Positions 49,801 to 62,289 of a stretch of 64,000 nt of DNA are shown one piece after another. Both the position numbers and the translations under genes were made by a program. How positions within the stretch are numbered: the first letter of the stretch is position 1; every line of letters starts with the position of its first letter. The DNA is from Octopus sinensis (taxonomy: Eukaryota): positions 17,980,001 to 18,044,000 of the forward strand of contig NC_043021.1 in assembly GCF_006345805.1 (NCBI RefSeq). The letters are read 5' to 3'. The notes beneath the pieces are model-generated. The model had not been told where the DNA came from and searched no databases. It worked only from the letters and a program-made list of their open reading frames with translations.

Positions 49801-50543
49801 ATAATGAAAGTCAATTTAATCAAAATACTCTACCATTTTTGCCAACTCATTGCCCTGAAGACATTAAATATTAATGATAAAAACCCACAGACATTGTCAA
49901 AGCTAACACAGAAACCTTTTCACTTGTTATATTGATTCTTTTGTAAAGAAACAGAAACAGAAATAGCTTCAGGGATGAAACGAGGTGGTGGTGGTGGTAG
50001 GAGAGGCAATGCTCTTTCCCCTAGCTCTCCCCCACACCCTGGCTCTCTACTTCATTCTCTTCAACTATCATTTTTGTAATATTTATACAGAGGACAATGT
50101 AACGGTGCAGTGATTTTTGTCTTTTAATAGTTTTTCCCATTAAAGTGAACATAGTTCCGCTTTAATCTCTCTCTCTTTCACTCTCTCTCTCTCTTACACA
50201 CACACTCTCTCTCTCTCTCAGCTTTTGCCCCTGTTACAAACAAAGATCTCATTCAAGATGTATTTTTGTTAACTAGAATTCAGAATGTTGTTCACTTTCT
50301 CTGGTCATTGAACTGTCTTTCAAGTGGATTGCATTTGGTTTTTTTTTTCTTCTTTTCCATTGATACAGTAAGTATGATGGCTTAACACAAATGGTAGCGT
50401 GCCAGACTTAAATACTTTATACAATTTAGTTATTGTTGTTTAGTCCAAGATCAACCTGAGTAAAGCAGATATAGGACTAATGGTGTTCCAACCATGACTA
50501 TCCTGATGATATATCTAGCAATATATTATCAAGGATTTTTTTT

Positions 50544-50984
50544 TTAATCCTTTAGCATTTAAATTGGCCATACCCAGTCCAAATATTCTATTTGTTTTAT
50601 ATTTGAGCTTGCCAGATCCAGTCTTTTGCACCTGCCCTACAATGTCACTCTGAAAAAATCACATCATTGAAACCTTAAAGCTATGAGATAATGCATGATT
50701 AAGTCAAAACAATGTGAATCATCATCATCATTGTTTAATGTCCGTTTTCTGCGCTAAACGATGATGATGATGATGATGATTCACATTGTTTTGACTTAAT
50801 CATGCATTATTTCATAGCTGTAAGGTTTCAATGATGTGATTTTTTTAGAGTGACATTGTAGGGCAGGTGCAAAAGACTGGATCTGGCAAGCTCAAATATA
50901 AAACAAATAGAATATTTGGACTGGGTATGGCCAGTTTAAATAAGCATTACATTTAGTGGGGTAACCTGAATGCTAAGAGGTTAA
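50544..50984. mobile_element. MITE-G carrying an internal inverted duplication, nested in a family E copy (50430-51055)
   Basis: ttaatcctttagc ... gctaagaggttaa ends; palindrome at 50557-50941. Confidence 0.85.
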
Positions 50985-51569
50985 AATGGTAGGCTGTGAT
51001 TTCAGGGAGAATAAGCTGCTATATCTAGCAAGTTGACTGACCACTTAAATGCTCTCAGCATTTAGTTGTAGCCTGTTGCAGTCTCCAAATTCAAGAGAGT
51101 TGATATTAACTTCACATGTCATCTTTCCAGGTTTATAATAAAGCTACTACTAGTAATATCCTGGTTGATATTAACTGCTTCAGCTATACATAATTCTTCT
51201 CTTTAAACAATATTTATTGCATATTGGTAATAATTGATCAATACATTTTGACTTTATATCAATTGGTAGGCTGAGACAATTGATATCTCTCAATTATGCA
51301 GAATTCTTCATATACTGTTAGAAAAATATGTTTTTAACCCATTAACTTTTAATTGCAATTAAATCTCTTTCCAGCAGATTTAGCAGATGTTATTGCCAGA
51401 AATATGGCACAGGTGACTCGAAAGACTGTATTTAGTGATACATTAATACTAAAAGTAATTAGTTGATTGTACAGTTAGAGAGTCCACTAACTATCAGTCT
51501 TTCTACTTTTACTATAACAATTTGTTGAAACAAGCAATTAATGAAATTTTATTCGTTTAGATTTGAAGC

Positions 51570-51950
51570 ACAGACATGGCTCTGTGGTTAAGAAGTTAGC
51601 TTTGTAACCACTTAGCTCCTGGTTTAATCTCATTGTGTGGCACATTGGGCAAGAGTCTTCTACCATAGCCTCAGATTGGCCAATGCTTTGTGAGTGGAAT
51701 TTAATGGATAGAATCTTTGTGAAAACTGGTTGTGTGCTTGTGTGTGTGTATTCAGACATAAACATCAAGAACACTGATAGCATGGTGCTTTGAAGGTGCA
51801 TGGCCTAATGGTTAGGGTGTTGGGCTCACTGTCATGAGGTTGTGAGTTTGATCCCTGGACTGAATAGTGTGTTGTGTCTTTGAGCAAACACTTTATTTCA
51901 TGTTGTTCCAATCTACTCAGTAGAGAATGAGTACCAGCCTAGTGCAGGTG
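51570..51950 (+). mobile_element. Degenerate SINE-A head (51570-51750) followed by an F-like head (51792-51950)
   Basis: tggctctgtggttaagaag..ttgggcaagagtcttc; gaaggtgcatggcctaatggttagg..gtgttgtgtctttgagcaa. Confidence 0.65.
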
Positions 51951-52374
51951 CAGCCCTCCTACTTGAGAGGGTGTCTGTGCCTGCTTATGATTATATAAGC
52001 CTATGAGTGACAGCATGGTACATGTTACTAAGTTATACTCACTTGCAAGTGACAGCTATGACTTTGGTGCTTTCAAACAGTTTCACGTGATATTTGTTCT
52101 GTCCGAGTTGCCTAGATAATCTTTTGTTGCTCTTGCCAGTAAAAAATACTGTGAAATAGTGATTGGCTCATTGTAAACCTTTGACCAACAATACTCTTGT
52201 ACATAAAATACATAGCATAAACATTCACTTTATCTCCTCCCATCAAGACAGCCACCTTTCGATTATGTAATTGACACCTTGATCCAAGAACTGAACAATG
52301 GTTTTTCTGAACTCCTCCTCAACTTCTCTCGCATGGAATAATCCAAAGCCTATATTAACTGTGAGCCACCAAGG

Positions 52375-53228
52375 GTCCTATGTAATCATTTGACTGTTAG
52401 AAATAGCAGCTACATCTAACTCTCTTAAAAAGAGGAGGACACATTGGAAAATGTAGTCTTCAGTGTACACTAAAAATGAATGATATTCATGGCTGTGAGG
52501 CTTTTGATCAGTAATCTGCTTAATCTAATTTGACTTCGGTTGAACAACATCAACAGTTTTTAACTATCCTCGATTGAGTTATTTTTGTCCTTCACACAAG
52601 CATACACATACTCAGTCACCCTCACACCAACACTCTCACACACCAACAGTCTCACCCACACTAACAACCATACACTCCCACACTCTCACCCACACATTTT
52701 AGGACAGTGGAGTGTATCTAAAAGTACTGTGATTTTACTCTCCCCTTTGATTGCCAATAAAACCAAGGAAATCATAGAAACCGATTCTTTAACTCTAATG
52801 CTGATATTACAATACTTTGAGGGTGGTGAATTGGAAGAATCATTAGAATGTCAAGAAAAGTGCTTTGCTACATTTGTTCTAGTTCTTCGTGTTTTGAGTT
52901 GAAACTCCACCAAGGTCAAATTTGCCTCTCATTCCTCTGAGAGTTGGTAAGATGAAGTATCACACAAGTCCTGAGATTGATAGTGTTGGCTAAACCCCTT
53001 CCCTCAAATCTGCTGGCCTTGTGCCTAATTAGAAGCAATTGTAAAAATGCCTTGCAGCATTTAGTTACAATCCTTTACATTCTGAACTTAAATCCTGCCA
53101 AGATCAGCTTTGCTTTCCATTCCTCTGGGCTTCATAAAATAAAGGACCGACCATGAATTGGGTCAATATAATCGATTGTGCCCTTCTTTTGAAATGTATG
53201 GCCTTGTACCAATGTCAGGAATCGTTAT
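52375..53228 (+). repeat. Family E copy (52375-52556) and two tandem degenerate SINE-C2 copies (52820-53228)
   Basis: gaaatagcagc..ggacacattgg..aatgtagtc; ccctcaaatc..ggccttgtgcc twice. Confidence 0.6.
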
Positions 53229-53700
53229 TATACAACTCTCTTCAATATCCCTTCCCCCTTTGCCTGTCTAGTCTCCAAGTGTGAAGAACTAGAAATGAGA
53301 AGAAATTTGTTGATTACCACAGTTTTGAATGACTTCAGTTGTAAACAAGCCAGTGGCATGTAGTGGTTGTGTGCACTGGATATGCTGCCACACCCAATGC
53401 CACCAAATTTCAAGCAAGGTTATGGCAAAAGTTTTCCATTAAGATTTCTGATTAAATTAATGAGTTAGGTGTTAATATTTGTAATGAATTTGCCATTTTT
53501 GATGGGTATGCAGTGCACACCTAGCACACCTGAAATATATACCCCTGCAAGAAGCCAACCTTGATGTGGTTTTTCAACAAGTTTAAAATAGTAGCTGAAT
53601 ATACCAACAGTTATTTGACCAAATACCTTGTGAATGAAATTTTATAGACAGAAACTGGGAAATGCTGTCAAGTGTGTGTATGTGTATACATACACATATA

Positions 53701-53738
<38 letters not shown>

Positions 53739-53742
<4 letters not shown>

Positions 53743-54633
53743 GTTGAGGAATAATTCATGAGTGTTTTTTCAAATTTAAAAATGCACACAGAAATAAAAT
53801 GTTTTATGTTTTATGTTATTTGAAAGAGAATGTTTTACTCTACAAGATAGGGTGCTTTGATTTTTTTTAAATTTTGAGTTTTGTGTATTTTCAGATCATT
53901 AAAAAGGAATGTCAAGTGGACAAAACTGAGCATTTTTGACACCATTTGCTTTTTGCATTTAATTGAGGTATTAAGGCCACCAAAGCTGCTTGTGAGATTT
54001 GTGCTACGTATGGAGAAGGAGCAATACCTCAAAATACCACCCACTGTTGGTTTTTGTGCTTCAAAAATGGGAATTTTGACATCAAGGACAGATCACACTC
54101 TGGTTGACCAATTAAATTTGATGATCTCTGCCCATTGAATGAAGGTGGTTCACCATAATTATTTGATCACAATCCATCTGATCCACCAATTCTCTGGTTG
54201 TTTGTGTGGATTTTTGTGGAGGAGTTGATTCAATCGCTCTTCATCAAACTCAATTAGTTGACTGGTGTGTGATCTGTCCTTGACATTAAAATTCCCATTT
54301 TTGAAGTACAAAAACCAATGGCGGGCAGTACTTTGAGGCATTGTTCCTTCTCCATACGTAGCACAAATCTCATGAGCAGCTTAGGCAGCCTTAACACCTC
54401 GATAAAATACAAAAAATCAAATGGAGTTGAAAATGCTCAGTTTTGTCCACTTGACATTCCATTTTAATGATCTGAAAATGCACAAAAATCAATAAAATTT
54501 TTAAAAAATCAAAGCACACTACCTTGTAGAGCAAAAAATTCTCTTTCTAATGACATAAAACATTTTGCCAATGCATTTTATTTCTGCATGCATTTTCAAA
54601 TTTGAAAAAAGTGCTCATAAATTATTTCTCATC

Positions 54634-54637
<4 letters not shown>
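53739..54637. mobile_element. Foldback mariner derivative: two 5' halves in inverted orientation
   Basis: TA|ttgggttgaggaataattcatgag ... ctcataaattatttctcatcccaa|TA; both arms encode the transposase N-terminus MECQVDKTEHF..EICATYGEG..STARHWF..FKNGNF..IEFDEERL. Confidence 0.9.
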
Positions 54638-54706
<69 letters not shown>

Positions 54707-55005
54707 GCACATACACATATATACACCCACACAACTATATATATTTGTGTATATATCTTTCACTGTTGTATATTAGTGATGAATGTAAATATCATGGAGA
54801 AAACTGAACAAGGGGTACTTTTTGAATGAAGTCCCATGTTATGTTTGCTCTGTAGCAAGTTACAGACACTGCCTTCTTACTCTCACCATTAAAACTGCTG
54901 TGAGACAGAAACTGACAACTGTACTTTTTACCAATTGTGACAGAAAACAAATGAATAATTAATAAATATATTAAATCTCATTCAAATCACAACCTACTCT
55001 CTACA

Positions 55006-55047
<42 letters not shown>

Positions 55048-56019
55048 CAGAGATAAACAAAAAAACGGAGAAAAAAAAAGGACAACAAGCAAAAAAAACG
55101 TGAGGATGTGGTGCATGCAAAATATTAAGACGCTCAGAGAAGAAAAGAAAGGGTGTTTTAGGTTTCTTCAGAAACAGGAGACAGAGAGAAACTGGAGTCC
55201 AAGAGAAAAGGAAGATGGAGGGAAAAAATCACAAACAGTCCACATGTGGTTACATTTTGGAAATAAACCCTGGTATGCAAGCAATCTGGATGGCCACAGT
55301 GGTAATGCCTTTGACCACAGGTCTTTTCAATGAGAGCTGACCTGGGGTAAAGAGCCACATTTCAGGCGAGAAGAAGAATTCTGTCAGATTGAAGTGTAGA
55401 CTGTTTATGGAATTAGTCTTTAATTCCAATATTAAACTTTTTGCTTGGTTGGATTTTAAGAAAGTTGATCTTCATTCCTTCCTTTTATGTCTTTTTCTTT
55501 TTTTCCTTCCATGTTTAGTTGTTACAAATATGAATAACATTAATTAAAAGTTGTGCTATGTGATTAACATTAAACAGAAAAATGTATAAGAAAATCTTCA
55601 AATATTAACTGCCCTGAAACAAAATAAAAAAGAAATTAAGCAATACAAATGACACTAACAACTTAAAAGACAATCAAATCAAGATCAGCTGTTGCCAGTG
55701 TTAAGAGACAGGATGTAGGTTTGTTAACACAGCAGGCTATAATTTAACAGAACTCTTCATACACAAATCCTTCATATGTTTTATTTTTCTATAAATTACA
55801 AAAGTCTTTTAGGACAAGTAATTAGTTTTCACTTCAGTAAGTAATTTAGAAAAAAAAAATTGAAATTTCATATATTGAGTTTATTTTTGTTTATATATTT
55901 ATATGGCAGAACCATTAGAGTTTTACCATATTTGTTCCAGCAGCTCCTTATATGTTGAGTTCAAATCCTACTGAGGTTAGCTTTTATGTTTTGGGGATCA
56001 ATAAAATATATAAAGCACT

Positions 56020-56230
56020 AGTGCTGGTGCCTCATAAAAGGAACTGCTGCTGGTGCCATATAAAAAGCACCCAGTACACTCTGCAAGTGGTTGACATTAG
56101 GAAGGACATCTGGCTGTAGAAACCATGCCAAAATTGACAATGGGGCCTGGTGTGGCTCCTAGCCTTGCCAGCTCCTGTCAAACTGTCCAATCCATGCCAG
56201 CATGGAAAATGATTGTTGAATGATGATGAT
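56020..56230 (+). mobile_element. Older SINE-B
   Basis: ggttgacattaggaaggacatc..gtccaatccatgccagcatggaaa..tgatgatgat. Confidence 0.78.
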
Positions 56231-56243
56231 TATATATATATGT

Positions 56244-56613
56244 GTTTGAGGAGACCTATTGAGTCAAGTACACCAACATCAAAAATCAATGGAAATTGTA
56301 GTTGTGATCCCTGTGCTGGTGGCACGTAAAAAGCACCATCCGAATGTGGCTGATGCCAGTGCCACCTTGACTGGCTCCCGTGCCGGTGGCATGTAAAAAG
56401 CATAAATCCAATCATGGCCATTGCCAGCCTCGCCTGGCACGTAAAAAGCACCCACTACACTCACGGAGTGGTTGGCATTAGGAAGGGCATCCAGCTGTAG
56501 AAACACTGCCAGATCAGACTGGAGCCTGGTGCAGCCTTCTGGCTTCCCAGATCCCCGGTCGAACCGTCCAACCCATGCTAGCATGGAGAACGGACGTTAA
56601 ACGATGATAATGA
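56244..56613 (+). mobile_element. SINE-B, longest 5' extension in the window
   Basis: Three internal units, core and (GAT)n tail. Confidence 0.88.
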
Positions 56614-56839
56614 TTATATATATATCCTCTGCATTATGGAACTATTACATTCGAGAAATCTTATCATAGTATAGGATGGATTCCAGAAAATGATAAACTT
56701 TTTCCTATTGACTTCCATGTAAAATTGAAGTCAGTTGGAAAATAGGTTGCACCTTATGGAATTCCATGTGGCAAGATTTTCAGGAATGCAATACTTCTAT
56801 AATGTGTGATGTGCCTCTACATATAAATCATAATAATTA

Positions 56840-57020
56840 TTGTTTCAAATTTTGGAACAAGGCCAGAAATTTTAAGGAAGGGATAAGTCAATTACATTGA
56901 CCCCAATGATCAACCTCAAAAGGAGCTGGAATGAAAGGCACAATCAACCTTGGCAAAATTTGAACTCTGATGCTGCTAAGCATTTTTGTTGGGAGTGCTA
57001 ACAATTCTGTCAGCTCACTG
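56840..57020 (-). mobile_element. Degenerate SINE-C2
   Basis: ttttggaacaaggccagaaatttt..atgaaaggca..tttgaactc..gctaacaattctgtcagctc. Confidence 0.65.
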
Positions 57021-57174
57021 TCAATAATAACAATCATCCTTTCTAATATAGGCACAAGGCCTTATGTATAACAGATGTGCAGGTGTAGGAAGTGAGCCAA
57101 ATAAATTCAATCAAATGTTCTGAAGGCTTGATAAGTGGAGTCAATTTCTTACCTTTTACTTTGGTGACCTAATT

Positions 57175-57710
57175 AGCAATGGATGTGGGTGTTCTGAAAG
57201 CTTAGTCAGGTGTAAAATATTTAGGGAGTTGTTACCGCTGCTGGTAATAAAGGGATTCTCTGTTTTTGCAAGTGAAGGGTAGAGTATGATGGTTGTATAC
57301 AAAGGGTGATGTTGTATGATAGTGAGCCATATTGGATGCTGAAGATGTGCAAAAGCTTGAAAGAAATGAGGTGAGCACGCTCCCCTGGAGTATGTAATGT
57401 TACTGTGCATTAGCAACCACAAATGAGCCAAGAGAAGAAATCAGATGTAGCACACAAAAGAGGAGGTTGTGCTGGTACAGGTATGTGGGGGCGTATGAAG
57501 GACGATAGTTGGGTAAGTGCCAAGTGGAAGGAATCTTTGGAAGAGGGAAACTAAGGAAGAAGACATAGGCAGAAGTGTCGAAGTTGATCTCAAGGCGATG
57601 AACTTTATGAGAAATGATGATGAAAGACTGAGACAAGTGATGGGACACTGTGTGGGAGAAGATCCATCAAACCCATGCATACAAGGGAAAATGAATGGAA
57701 AACAATGATC
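57175..57710 (+). pseudogene. Decayed 3' part of another RTE-clade LINE
   Basis: FRELLPLLVIKGFS..VMLYDSE..KLERNE..RRLCWY..GRGKLRK..DLKAMN remnants; ends aacccatgc..ggaaaatgaatggaaaacaatgat. Confidence 0.65.
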
Positions 57711-58313
57711 ACACACGCGCACATGCGTATATATCTATGCATGTAAACAGAATATCATATGTATCGGGAGGCAGGAGGTCTCTGGGTTTAGAACAGACTA
57801 TGTCCTTGCATGTGATAAGAGATGGAGACAAGAAAATCCTTGGGGTTGATGCTAGAATAGAGATCAGAAAAGCCAGCCAACCCATACCAGCAGAGAGAAG
57901 CTGATGTAAAACATACAGTGTTGATGATGATGAATATGAGCAATGGGTAGGGGGTAAAAATATAGTACCTGTAACAATTGAATTTATGCTAGACTCAGGA
58001 TAACTTGTTTATAGAAATGTAGACAGATCTTACTACTGTGACACTTTTTAATTCTTTACAAATTCCAGATGCATCTCACTTTGGAGTACAGCTCCTATAT
58101 CTGGAATCTGAGACATCTGCCTCTTTTTTTTTCTTTTTTTTTTTTCCTGTATGGCTTGTAGTGTCCTGATTCTATTCTTACTCTGACCCTATGGTTATTA
58201 TCTTCATTTCTGCCGACAGGGGATTCATCATTGTATATATTATCTTCTGAAGGAATAGAGTAATTGAAGATGAATAGATGTTAAACAAAAACAAAATATG
58301 AGTAAAGCAAATG

Positions 58314-58317
<4 letters not shown>

Positions 58318-58349
<32 letters not shown>
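58318..58349. repeat. (CT)n microsatellite
   Basis: Direct. Confidence 0.95.
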
Positions 58350-58350
<1 letters not shown>

Positions 58351-59713
58351 AATGCTGTCTGTGTTGTGTTCACTTTCTCTGGTTCTGCTGTTGTTGAGTG
58401 GTTCTTTATGTCTATAAAACATTCAGAATTGGAAGGAAGGAAGGAAAACAGACATTGCTATGAATATGTTTGACATGATTTGTGCTTCAGCAGGGATGAA
58501 GTGTGTTAGGTGGATGGGGAGCAGCAAACAATTTATTTGACTGCAGCAATAGTTGATGTTATATAGCCTTGCTGTCTAAGATAAAACATAAGGAATGGGT
58601 GGGATGGGTGCTGTAGGAGGAGCTACCACAGAAAATCAGTCAGTTTTTATAGCTTTCCTTAAGAATTTACAGAAATTATAACATTAGCAGGGGTGGGGGA
58701 GTATTGAATAGCTTGGAGTGAAGTCTATTTGAAGACTCAGAGAACAGTGTCACTGCGTGTCTAGTTTTTCTTGTCGAAATATACATTATGGCATCATCAT
58801 CTCTGCTGGAGAAAGAAAGACCAAGGAAGAACAAACAGAAAACAATGATTATATGGAGAGGGAATCCAGGTTAGTCTCTTTAACCTGGTGCTTTCAACTG
58901 TCTCTCTTCACCAGATCATGAATATTTGTAGGGATCGTTGGTGCAAATTGACTTAGGGTTAAATGAATATCTTGTTGAAATTGTGCAATTGCAGCAATAT
59001 CTGTTTTTTTGGATAGGAAAATGTAAGCACGGTGATGTTCCTTGCCATTGGGTACAATACAAAATTTCAACTATTCTGGGACCATGACTCGTGTGTCTCC
59101 TCCTCCTCCTCCCTCTAACCCCCTGGGGAGACATATTATGTCCACTCCTTCAGATCCTGCATTAACTGCAATGCCTAGTTCTTCTGCCACAGAACATTAT
59201 CCCACTTGAATTTTCTTCCTGCTCATATTTTCCCTGTAGCTTTCCCCTTGCAACTATTCTATGGGGAAAGCAGAACATTAACTGTGCTGATCTTGCCGTT
59301 TGTGTCCAGGGAGCAATGACAGTGGATATACATATATTAGGCAATGAGCAAAAAAAAAAAAAAAAAAGAAGCCAGTATGGGAGGGACAAGTTTGTTTAAA
59401 TTAAAAAGAAAGGGAAGTCTTGCTATATCAGAAAAAAATAAAACAATAAAATAAAAGAATGAGAAAAAGTGGTAGGAAAAATAAAAAAGAATGAGAAATG
59501 CTGGTTGGGGGAAAAAGGGTGAATTAGGGAGCAGAGCCCCTTCTGCTAGACTATAAAAAAAAAAAAAATAAATCAAACTGGTAGTGCTTCAGCATGGCCG
59601 CAGCCTCAAGGCTGAAGCATATAAAAGAATAAACCCAAAACAATTCATTTTCAAAATAACTGACATTAGAAGAGCATTGTAGCTCTCTGTCTTCACTATT
59701 TTGTTAACTACGA

Positions 59714-59872
59714 TGTTGTTGTTTAACGTTCAGATCAGGGCTGTTCAAGCAGATCTGTGATCAGTGAGTGTTTCTGGTGAGACCATCTCATCTTTGTATT
59801 TTTCAATATGTTCTTTCCTTTTGACGACAGGGTGTGATTTATGGGGAGATTTGGCTACTATTCTATCAAATT
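59714..59872 (-). repeat. Family E copy, interrupted by SINE-D1
   Basis: gttgttgtttaa..agggctgttcaagcaga..gggtgtgatttatggggagatttggctactatt. Confidence 0.7.
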
Positions 59873-60258
59873 GTGGAAGCACTCCGTCGGTTACAACGAC
59901 GAGGGTTCCGGTTGATCCGAATCAACGGAACAGCCTGCTCGTGAAATTAACGTGTAAGTGGCTGAGCACTCCACAGACACGTGTACCCTTAACGTAGTTC
60001 TCGGGGATATTCAGTGTGACAAAGAGAGTGACAAGGCCGGCCCTTTGAAATACAGGTACAACAGAAGCAGGAAGTAAGAGTGAGAGAAAGTTGTGGTGAA
60101 AGAGTACAGCAGGGATCACCACCATCCCCTGCCGGAGCCTCGTGGAGCTTTAGGTGTTTTCGGTCAATAAACATTCACAACGCCCGGTCTGGGAATCGAA
60201 ACCGCGATCCTATGACCGCGAGTCTGCTGCCCTAACCACTGGGCCATTGCGCCTCCAC
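59873..60258 (-). mobile_element. SINE-D1, full-length, young
   Basis: Minus strand has A box TGGCCCAGTGGTT and B box GGTTTCGATTCC; 14-bp TSD tattctatcaaatt (59859-59872 / 60259-60272); CpGs retained. Confidence 0.92.
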
Positions 60259-60887
60259 TATTCTATCAAATTAAACTGGTGTTTAGAAAATTACATTACA
60301 AAAGATACATTTTACTTATCGAACCCTTTGAATAACAAAACATTTTACACTTTCATTGGTTTCAGTGACTGGATTGCAACAATGCTGGGGCACGGTAGGC
60401 AAGGAATCTGCTCAATTACTTTAACCTTGGTACTTTATCTAGTTGTCTTTTCATTGAATCACTAAGTTTACCAGAGTCACACCTTTGCAGGGAGTTATCT
60501 CCTTCTTCACTAACTTAAATATGATATGGTAGTTATACTGGTATGCACACACACACACACAAATGTAATCAATAGCTTTCTCTGTGTTGGTCTTCATTGG
60601 CAACAATTATTCAGTGAAATTGATAACTTTAGATAAGTTTGTATGCAAAGAAGCATCTGATGCTTTTGGAGTATGTGTGTATATGATAGGCTTCTACACA
60701 GTTTCTGCTATCAAATTTCATTCATAAGGCATTGGTCAATTGCAGTCTAAATGAATAAACTCAAAAGTGCTGTGCTGTGTATTGGAACCAGAGTTGTGTG
60801 ATTGTGAAGCAAATTTCTTTCCTACTTGGCCATGCCATCACCTATTTTGATCAAGATTTTAATTTAAATGTGAGCTTTTAAATGTCT

Positions 60888-61116
60888 TTAACCCTTTAGT
60901 GTTCACATTATTCTACCAAAATTAATGCTTTTTCATCCACACTGTTTTGAACTAATCATGCATTATCTTGTAGCCATGAGATTTTGATGAGGTAGCTGTT
61001 AATTTTTAAAACGATATTGTAGGGTTGGTGTGAGAGACCAGATCTGGCCAGTTTGAACATAAAACAGGCAGAATACTTTTGGCTGGATATGGCCAGTTTA
61101 AATGCTAAAGAGTTAA
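60888..61116. mobile_element. TTAA MITE family G
   Basis: ttaa-ccctttag ... ctaaagag-ttaa; near-identical to 39452-39681. Confidence 0.88.
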
Positions 61117-61834
61117 ATTGTGAACATCATTTAAACCCTAACTCTAAAGACATCATGACCACATAAAGCTGGAATAACGATAAACATTTGGTTAGTCAGC
61201 TGTTTCTGGGTTAAAACAGAATTATGAAAACATTTTACTTTAAGAAGCATTGCAACAATTTGGAATACTGAGATTTGAAATCACCGTGTTATAGTTTGCA
61301 GTGTTAAACGGATTAACTTAGTCTCGTGATCATGCAGTAAACACAACTGATAGAATAATGAACTTAATGAGTGAACTCATCTTTAAAATTGGAGTCATAT
61401 TTCCGATAATGAAACTAATTACTCCCATGTTCGTTATTCAGGTGAGTTTTAATTCACTAAATCAAATGTTGCTTTTAAAGTGATCATCTGCAGCCTCCTC
61501 TTGTTTATTCTCTTATTTCCATTGGGCTGTTGCTACTTCCACTGTAATTATTCAATCACCATATCTGATGTTTTAATGGTTAACATCAACTACCATTATT
61601 GTCGCTGCTGCTGTTGTCGTTGTTGTTTTCCTCACTTACTTGCTGATTATCGAGACCATAGTGTTCTGTCATTAGACTGCTTTAAGATTTTTGGCAAATT
61701 AATAATTATATTGTGATTATTCCTCATATCTACCTAATTGTTCTGCTCAGTAAATTAAGTTGTTGTTGTTATAACTTTCATCATTACTGCTTCATTAAGA
61801 GCTTTCAGCTAATCTGTTAACTACTATTATTTTC

Positions 61835-61856
61835 TTCATCATCATCATCTTCATCA

Positions 61857-61900
<44 letters not shown>
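61835..61900. repeat. (CAT)n/(ATT)n microsatellite
   Basis: Direct. Confidence 0.93.
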
Positions 61901-61902
<2 letters not shown>

Positions 61903-62289
61903 TACAGCGTTAAATATTTCTTTCAGTGAAACTGTTAATATTGAATTGGCTATGATTATTTAATTTAACCTTTTTTTTATGGCACTAAATTAGTGACATT
62001 ATGATTTCTAAATGCTAATTTTGGCAATGTGATGCCTCACCATTTTCTACTGATTACTTGACATTATCAAACATGGAGTAGTGGAAAGACAAATGTTTAT
62101 ATTTTTCTTCTTTACTTGTCAGGAAGGAAAGTAATAAATTCTTCATGCAGTTGGAATCTAACTGTTACACATAAAAACATCTTCATTTACTAATAAACAT
62201 TTCTATTTGCAATGCTGTGTTTTTGTATTAATTGATAAGATCAAAAAAATTACATCACCTGATATAAACTGGTTTTCTGCTTTCATAAA

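Noticed and set aside
53351-53547. Possible old hAT MITE (cagtggc..cccctg); similar case at about 35255-35350
   Set aside because: TIRs too degenerate and no TSD identified
55045-55240. Possible Penelope-like terminal repeat remnant
   Set aside because: Resemblance from memory only; no hammerhead core or second copy in the window
58900-59345. TE-poor stretch with acceptor-like sites (..ttcaccag, ..ccctgtag)
   Set aside because: Stops in all frames after the first AG and no convincing donor after the second; could be UTR or regulatory but unsupported
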